Notes under the pieces: model-generated
What the model saw: only the letters and a program-made list of their open reading frames with translations
Told to the model about the DNA's origin: nothing
The model's database searches: none
In this document: positions 58,617 to 64,000 of the stretch, piece by piece
Numbering within the stretch: the stretch's first letter is position 1
How the letters are laid out: the number at the start of each line of letters is the position of its first letter
Made by a program: the position numbers and the translations under genes
Source of the DNA: an uncultured virus (IMG/VR IMGVR_UViG_3300021371_000010)
Lineage: Duplodnaviria > Heunggongvirae > Uroviricota > Caudoviricetes
Strand: one strand, 5' to 3'
IMG/VR virus record: IMGVR_UViG_3300021371_000010
Location: 1 to 64,000 of that record
DNA length: 64,000 bases

Positions 58617-61007
58617 ATGACTGAGAAACTTAAAAATCAAAAATCAACTCTTGCGAAACTGATGGCGTCAGAAGACATCACAGTTCTTCACAAGAAAATA
58701 CCAACTGCATACTTTGATGTAAAGAACAGGATACTTGCTTGTCCTACTTTCAAAGATGATATTTCACCAGAACTTTATGACTTGTTTATGGGTCACGAAG
58801 TTGGTCATGCATTGAATACACCTTTCGAAGGGTTACATTCTACTCTTAAAGAGAATAGAACTCTCAAGGGTTATCTCAATGTTGTAGAAGATGTCAGAAT
58901 TGAAAGAAAGATTAAAGACAAGTTTGCTGGACTTAGAAAGTCTTTTTATGCCGCATACAATGAATTGATGCAGAGAGACTTCTTTGGAATCAAAGATAGA
59001 AATCTTCAAGAACTTTCATTGATTGACAAGATCAATTTGATCACCAAGTGTGGTTCAAGAGTTTCAATTACACTGACCGATGAAGAGCAGGTGTTCTTAG
59101 ATGCTTCACTTAAGTGTGAGACATGGGAAGATGTTGTTCAAGTTGCTACAGCAATCTATGAGTGGTCAAAAGAAAACGAAACAAGAGACGAATCAGACCA
59201 AGCAATCACTTATCAGTATTCAGATATCGAAGATATCGACGAAGATGAGGACGATTTCGAAGAAGATTATGAAGATGATTTTGGTTCTGATGGCGAAGAG
59301 TCAGACGTAGAGCAAGAGAACTCAGAGCAAGAAGACTCTCTCCCAGACGTTCCTACGGGTACTGGAGACGTTCCAGCGGGTGCTTCTGAAGAGACTGAAG
59401 ACGATGTATCAGAGTCAGAAGAGCAGATTAAACAGACTGGTGGCAAGTTCGGTGGTACTTCTTACGGAATGCATGACGATGAAAATGGTGCTAGAGAATC
59501 ATTGACTGAACATTTTGCTCACAATAATGAAGACCAGTTCATAGATGAGAATGCTTGTATCAAAACTAGCATCGATCTTAAAAAGAACTGGAAGAACATA
59601 GATGATATGTACTACTCTTACACTGAGGTGTTCAACGACTTCGATCAAATGATGGTGATCACTGATGCCGACAAAGCAGATAATTGGAAGTTAAAAAGAA
59701 AACAAGAGTCAATGCAATTTATACCTCTTGCTGGACCTGGTACTAGAAAATATCTACAAGACAAAAACAAAAGTATTGTTGCCCACATGGCAAAAGAGTT
59801 TGAAATGAGACAGACTGCCATGAGATCAGCAAAAGCATTCACTGGTAAAAGTGGTCAACTTGATATGAATAGACTTGCAAAGTATCAGATCATTGAAGAT
59901 GTATTCAAGAGAGTTACTTATTTACCAGACGGAAAGAATCACGGTGTTAACGTGTTACTTGACTGGTCAGGTTCTATCTCTCATGAGATTAAAGACTTGA
60001 TCGAGCAAACTTTCATCTTATCAGAATTCTGTAACAAAGTTCAGATTCCTTTCAGAATCTTCTTGTTCTCAGATTCAATTATGAGAGGTGAAGATTACTG
60101 GTCAAGTGGTGAGGGCAAACTTGTAGAACTTCTTTCAAACGAAATGAGTGGTAAAAAGTACACTAAGGGTTTGAATATTCTTTCTCAAATGTACATGCAC
60201 TTCTGGAAATCTGAAATACTTCAAGGTTGGGAACCTGCTGATTCAGAAGATGTTGAATTATTAAATTCAATATTCAACCTTGACCCAGAAGATGCCTCAT
60301 ATTATGATAAGAGAAATGATCTTAATTATTGTGACTTGGTCCCAAACAACTTCAGACTTGGCGGGACACCTCTTAATCACTGTTTACTAGCAATGAGAAA
60401 GTGGATCCCAGAGTTCAACAGAATGTACGGAATTGAAAAGTCAATCATGACAATTATCACTGATGGTTTCAGTCATGAATCAGACTTGCTCAGACAGTCC
60501 GACGAAGAGTTTGCAGATGCTAAGTCTCAGATGGGTAGTGACTGGATCGGCAGATCAAACATGAAAAGATACTTGATTGATCCTTACACTAACAAGACGT
60601 ATCTTTACCATGAACCAAGTGACTACAACTATGGTGACTGGAACAGAACTGCTAATCTACTTGAGTGGATATCAGAAACTTGTAACGTTACAATCACTGG
60701 TTACTTTGTCTTCAGTAAGAAGAAAGATTTTTCAACTACTACCCACTACATGCCTGGCATTTCTTGGGAAGAGAAAGATGAAATCTGGAAAGCAATGAGA
60801 AAGACTGGTTACGTTTTCAAAACTAAAGGTTACAACAAGTTATTCTTTACTTACAAAAATAACTTAACTGCATCAAGTGATACTGAATTGTCAGACGACT
60901 TGGTCGATGCTAAGAAGTCTAGGTTGACTTCAGCATTTAAAAAGAATCAGAAGTCTAAAGTAACATCTAGATTTCTAACAACTGAGTTCATAAAGGAGAT
61001 AGCATAA
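58617..61007 (+). CDS. CobT-like protein: HExxH metallopeptidase-like domain, acidic linker, vWA domain
   Basis: GHEVGHAL, NVVEDVRIE, LLDWSGS (MIDAS), GGTPL and ITDG motifs. The ORF-track TTG start coincides with the promoter -35, so the ATG at 58617 is used. Confidence 0.85.
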   Translation: MTEKLKNQKSTLAKLMASEDITVLHKKIPTAYFDVKNRILACPTFKDDISPELYDLFMGHEVGHALNTPFEGLHSTLKENRTLKGYLNVVEDVRIERKIKDKFAGLRKSFYAAYNELMQRDFFGIKDRNLQELSLIDKINLITKCGSRVSITLTDEEQVFLDASLKCETWEDVVQVATAIYEWSKENETRDESDQAITYQYSDIEDIDEDEDDFEEDYEDDFGSDGEESDVEQENSEQEDSLPDVPTGTGDVPAGASEETEDDVSESEEQIKQTGGKFGGTSYGMHDDENGARESLTEHFAHNNEDQFIDENACIKTSIDLKKNWKNIDDMYYSYTEVFNDFDQMMVITDADKADNWKLKRKQESMQFIPLAGPGTRKYLQDKNKSIVAHMAKEFEMRQTAMRSAKAFTGKSGQLDMNRLAKYQIIEDVFKRVTYLPDGKNHGVNVLLDWSGSISHEIKDLIEQTFILSEFCNKVQIPFRIFLFSDSIMRGEDYWSSGEGKLVELLSNEMSGKKYTKGLNILSQMYMHFWKSEILQGWEPADSEDVELLNSIFNLDPEDASYYDKRNDLNYCDLVPNNFRLGGTPLNHCLLAMRKWIPEFNRMYGIEKSIMTIITDGFSHESDLLRQSDEEFADAKSQMGSDWIGRSNMKRYLIDPYTNKTYLYHEPSDYNYGDWNRTANLLEWISETCNVTITGYFVFSKKKDFSTTTHYMPGISWEEKDEIWKAMRKTGYVFKTKGYNKLFFTYKNNLTASSDTELSDDLVDAKKSRLTSAFKKNQKSKVTSRFLTTEFIKEIA

Positions 61008-61279
61008 TGAGAAACTTAGCAATTGATATAACTGAATACGAAAACTTCCCAGATGGTGGCAATGTCGCAAGGAACAAATTTGCTGAAGCAATGGCAAACA
61101 TTGGTCCTGGTCCATGTGTGAAGTTCAACTGTGAGAGGCAACAAGAATGTGCATCTGAAAAAGTTGAATGTAAGGCATTTAGATACTGGGTAAACAATGA
61201 CAGTTACTGGACAAAAAGAAAAGGTGTTAAGACATCAATCAGTGTTGACCTAGGCAGATTAATCAAGGAGATGGAATAA
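61007..61279 (+). CDS. Hypothetical Cys-rich protein
   Basis: PC...C....C......C.AF..WV pattern, possibly metal-binding. AAGGAG RBS. Confidence 0.6.
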   Translation: MRNLAIDITEYENFPDGGNVARNKFAEAMANIGPGPCVKFNCERQQECASEKVECKAFRYWVNNDSYWTKRKGVKTSISVDLGRLIKEME

Positions 61280-61818
61280 TGACCAAGATAGCACTATCAC
61301 AAATTGGTGAAAAGGGAGAAGCAAAAGCAAGGTGTGTAATGAGGGATATAATTGTCCCATTCAAAATCGTACCTGGTTTAACTGAAGAATCAATCAAGAT
61401 GTGCAAAGCATTCAATGTTGAATACTTAATCGAACTAGCACTAGCAAAGGTCGGAGGGTACAATTTTGTAGATGAATCTGGATTTGATTTTGATGATTAC
61501 TCAGATAGTAAGACTGCAAGTGTGGAACCTAGAGGTGGGGTGTCCATCGGGTCACTCGAAACAAAGATTGGTTCTATAAGAGCAGTGATCTATAATCCAT
61601 TTGAAGATAGGTTAGACTACTTCTTTTTTCCAGTTGATGGGTGGAAAGATTTAGAAGAAGCATCATACGGAAAAGCAAAGCACAAAACAAGAATCAGATC
61701 ATCTTATAATAAGACAACTCAGATGTATTCTAAGTTTGAACCTTATAGATGTAAAGACTTTAAAGAACTGGCAAAAAAAGTTGCCTGTGAAGTAGATGCA
61801 GAAATTATTTTGGGTTAA
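61279..61818 (+). CDS. Hypothetical protein, possible PD-(D/E)xK nuclease
   Basis: E..IE..LA helix followed by GFDFDDYSDSKT. AAGGAG RBS. Confidence 0.4.
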   Translation: MTKIALSQIGEKGEAKARCVMRDIIVPFKIVPGLTEESIKMCKAFNVEYLIELALAKVGGYNFVDESGFDFDDYSDSKTASVEPRGGVSIGSLETKIGSIRAVIYNPFEDRLDYFFFPVDGWKDLEEASYGKAKHKTRIRSSYNKTTQMYSKFEPYRCKDFKELAKKVACEVDAEIILG

Positions 61819-61822
61819 GGGG

Positions 61823-61852
61823 TTGACAATGACCCTCACTTTTTGATACCAT
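61823..61852 (+). promoter_or_regulatory. Early sigma70-type promoter (18-bp spacer)
   Basis: TTGACA-ATGACCCTCACTTTTTGA-TACCAT. Confidence 0.7.
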
Positions 61853-61895
61853 TATAACTGATGAGAAATTTAACGTGTAATTTTAAGGAGACTAT

Positions 61896-63164
61896 ATGAA
61901 AGCACACAATGAGTATAATATAAAAAGATCGTATGACGAATCGGAGTCAGTCATACTTTCTACAGGGAAGAAATTCCACATGACTCCAGATAGGAAAGAA
62001 TTCTTAGCAGAACTTCAATCTGCCTTTCCTGAGCAATCTGTTTTTCTAAAAGAAGATTTAGAAAAACTATCACACACCCCATACTGGGTGAAGTCAACAA
62101 GGTTCCCTTTTGCTTCTGCTGATAAATCGTCATATGATTTGACTATGTTACTTGGTGGTTTGTCACCGACAGCAGTTCAAAATGTGAAACAACCAACGGT
62201 TATTCCAATGACACCAGCACCTGTTTCTAATAACATGCCTGTCGCCGCTCAGACTCAAGCAGTGAATCTGATCGAAGACAATGTAAAAATCATTCCTGAG
62301 AAAATGACTAACTATGTTCCGTTTGGACATTTCAAAGATGTCAAACAGATTATCAAGTCTAAGATTTTCTTCCCAGTCTTTGTGACAGGGTTATCTGGTA
62401 ATGGTAAAACATTGATGATCGAACAAGTATGTGCCCAACTGAAGAGAGAACTCTACAGGGTCAATATCACCATCGAGACTGATGAAGATGATTTGATGGG
62501 TGGTCATACTCTTCAAAATGGTAACATTACTTTCAGAGAAGGTCCTGTTATCAAAGCAATGAGAAAGGGTGCCGTACTCTTGCTCGATGAAGTCGATCTT
62601 GGTTCTAACAAGTTGATGTGTCTACAATCAGTTCTTGAAGGTAAAGGTTATCTAATCAAGAAAACTGGTGAGTGGGTGACACCTGCACCAGGATTTACAA
62701 TTCTTGCGACTGCTAATACAAAGGGTCAAGGTTCAGAAGATGGCAAGTTCATCGGAACTCAGATCATGAACGAGGCGATGCTTGAAAGATTCGCCATCAC
62801 AATGCAACAAGAATATCCACCAGTGTCAACTGAGAAGAGAATTCTTAAGAAAGAAATGGAACTAAGTGGTTCTGTTGATGAAGAGTTCTGTGACAAACTT
62901 GTCGACTGGGCAGACATTATCAGAAAGACCTATTACGAGGGTGCTATCGATGATGTTGTTACTACAAGGAGACTTGTTCACATTGTCAATGCATTCAGAA
63001 TGTTTGACGACAAAATGAAGTCAATCGAAATGTGTATTACAAGATTCGATGAAGAAACTAGAAGTTCCATTCTCGACCTCTACACCAAAGTAGATGCAGG
63101 GGTCGACATGGAAAACCCTCTTGAAGATTCAGAGTCTTCAGAGTATAATGAATACGATGAGTAA
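61896..63164 (+). CDS. cobS: CobS-like MoxR-family AAA+ ATPase
   Basis: GLSGNGKT (Walker A), ETDEDDLMGG, LLLDEVD (Walker B), ATANTKGQG and NEAMLERF motifs. Confidence 0.88.
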   Translation: MKAHNEYNIKRSYDESESVILSTGKKFHMTPDRKEFLAELQSAFPEQSVFLKEDLEKLSHTPYWVKSTRFPFASADKSSYDLTMLLGGLSPTAVQNVKQPTVIPMTPAPVSNNMPVAAQTQAVNLIEDNVKIIPEKMTNYVPFGHFKDVKQIIKSKIFFPVFVTGLSGNGKTLMIEQVCAQLKRELYRVNITIETDEDDLMGGHTLQNGNITFREGPVIKAMRKGAVLLLDEVDLGSNKLMCLQSVLEGKGYLIKKTGEWVTPAPGFTILATANTKGQGSEDGKFIGTQIMNEAMLERFAITMQQEYPPVSTEKRILKKEMELSGSVDEEFCDKLVDWADIIRKTYYEGAIDDVVTTRRLVHIVNAFRMFDDKMKSIEMCITRFDEETRSSILDLYTKVDAGVDMENPLEDSESSEYNEYDE

Positions 63165-63447
63165 TAATATCGACTACAAATATAACGAGGACAAACTCTT
63201 AAACGAGTTTTCCTCTTATATTGATAATACATACGACCAACATTACTCACTAAACAAATACCAGAGTACTGAGTTTATTATTGACTCAGGACATGGTGAA
63301 GGTTTTTGTATCGGCAATATTATGAAATATGCACAAAGATACGGAAAGAAAGGTGGCAAGAATAGAGCAGACTTGTTAAAAGTTTTGCACTATGCCTTGT
63401 TTATGTTACACGTTCACGATAAGGAGACTGAGAATGAAATTAAGTGA
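63148..63447 (+). CDS. DUF3310-like protein
   Basis: Y..HY...Q..E.I...G.GFCIGNIMKYAQRYGKK...DL.K..HY. Start at 63148 or 63157. Confidence 0.75.
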   Translation: MNTMSNNIDYKYNEDKLLNEFSSYIDNTYDQHYSLNKYQSTEFIIDSGHGEGFCIGNIMKYAQRYGKKGGKNRADLLKVLHYALFMLHVHDKETENEIK

Positions 63448-64000
63448 AGAAACAAGAAGTATATTAAAAAACTTCGCAACAATAAATTCGGGTATCAAAG
63501 TTGAGACAGGTTCTCAATTGAAGACTATTTCGAATATGAAAAACATCTTGGCAGTAGCAACTGTTTCAGAAGCATTTGACCAAGGGTTTAGTATATACAA
63601 TCTAGGAGAATTTCTAGGTGCAGTATCATTGCTAGATAATCCAGACTTTGCATTTAACGATGCATCTGCAAGTATCAGTGATGATAATACTAGCATGACT
63701 TACTTCTATGCAAGTGAGGGTATGGTGACATCGCCAGAGAAGATGATTACAATGCCTGATGCAGAGATTAAAGTTGATCTATCATCAACACTACTTGGCG
63801 AATTGCAAAAAGCGGCCAGTGTTTTAGGTGTTAGTGATTTAGTACTACAATCAGATGGTACTAAAATCGAGTTAGTAGTAACTGATAAAAAGAATGCAAC
63901 ATCAAATACATTCAGCAGAATCGTTGGAGAAGGTACAGGTGTTTCATTTACAATGAACTTTAAGATTGATAACTTGAAAGTTCTAGATGGTAATTATGAA
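63434..64000 (+). CDS. gp45: Sliding clamp gp45 (3' truncated, not in the ORF track)
   Basis: MKLSEETRSILKNFATINSGI...KNILAVATV.E.F...F.IYNL.EFL...NFKIDNLKVL.GNYE, open to the window end. AAGGAG RBS. Confidence 0.92.
   Translation, partial: MKLSEETRSILKNFATINSGIKVETGSQLKTISNMKNILAVATVSEAFDQGFSIYNLGEFLGAVSLLDNPDFAFNDASASISDDNTSMTYFYASEGMVTSPEKMITMPDAEIKVDLSSTLLGELQKAASVLGVSDLVLQSDGTKIELVVTDKKNATSNTFSRIVGEGTGVSFTMNFKIDNLKVLDGNYE

Noticed and set aside
295..63696. All minus-strand ORFs and short nested plus-strand ORFs in the track
   Set aside because: They are shadows of long + strand genes, with no recognisable motifs or RBS.
1..64000. tRNA or rRNA genes
   Set aside because: Intergenic gaps are short and none shows a cloverleaf with D and T arm consensus by eye.

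Overview
A 64-kb piece of a large, AT-rich T4-like myovirus, probably marine given its AMG-type genes: peptide deformylase, CobS/CobT-like pair and many 2OG-Fe(II) oxygenases. All credible genes lie on the + strand. Order: baseplate (gp6 partial, gp7, gp8, VrlC/DUF4815-like), a ~16-kb fibre/appendage region, a modifying-enzyme cluster, neck, terminase, tail and head genes (gp13-gp23), gp3, uvsY, uvsW, gp55, gp47, gp46, def, an early region and gp45 (partial). Main finding: two adjacent gene pairs (15943-17574 with 17577-18386, and 26157-27914 with 27934-29556) encode Q/P/Y/T/G-rich repeat proteins that mirror each other at protein level. Reading one N->C and its partner C->N, the blocks match one-to-one under a fixed code (xxxG<->xxxY, xxRS<->xxQE/QQ, PYIA<->PYTV, AYQV<->PYIQ), and the indels match too. 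This suggests antiparallel heterodimeric 'protein duplex' filaments. Each pair follows a fibre gene with a conserved C-terminal tip motif. Nearby are candidate modifying enzymes: a glycosyltransferase, several 2OG-Fe(II) oxygenases, an amidinotransferase and a PRMT-like methyltransferase with double-E and THW loops. Also seen: a four-hairpin 5' leader, many apparently leaderless genes, a conserved 18-bp-spacer early promoter, and apparent avoidance of GCWGC and AGCY/RGCT. All calls are by-eye motif recognition; no searches were run.
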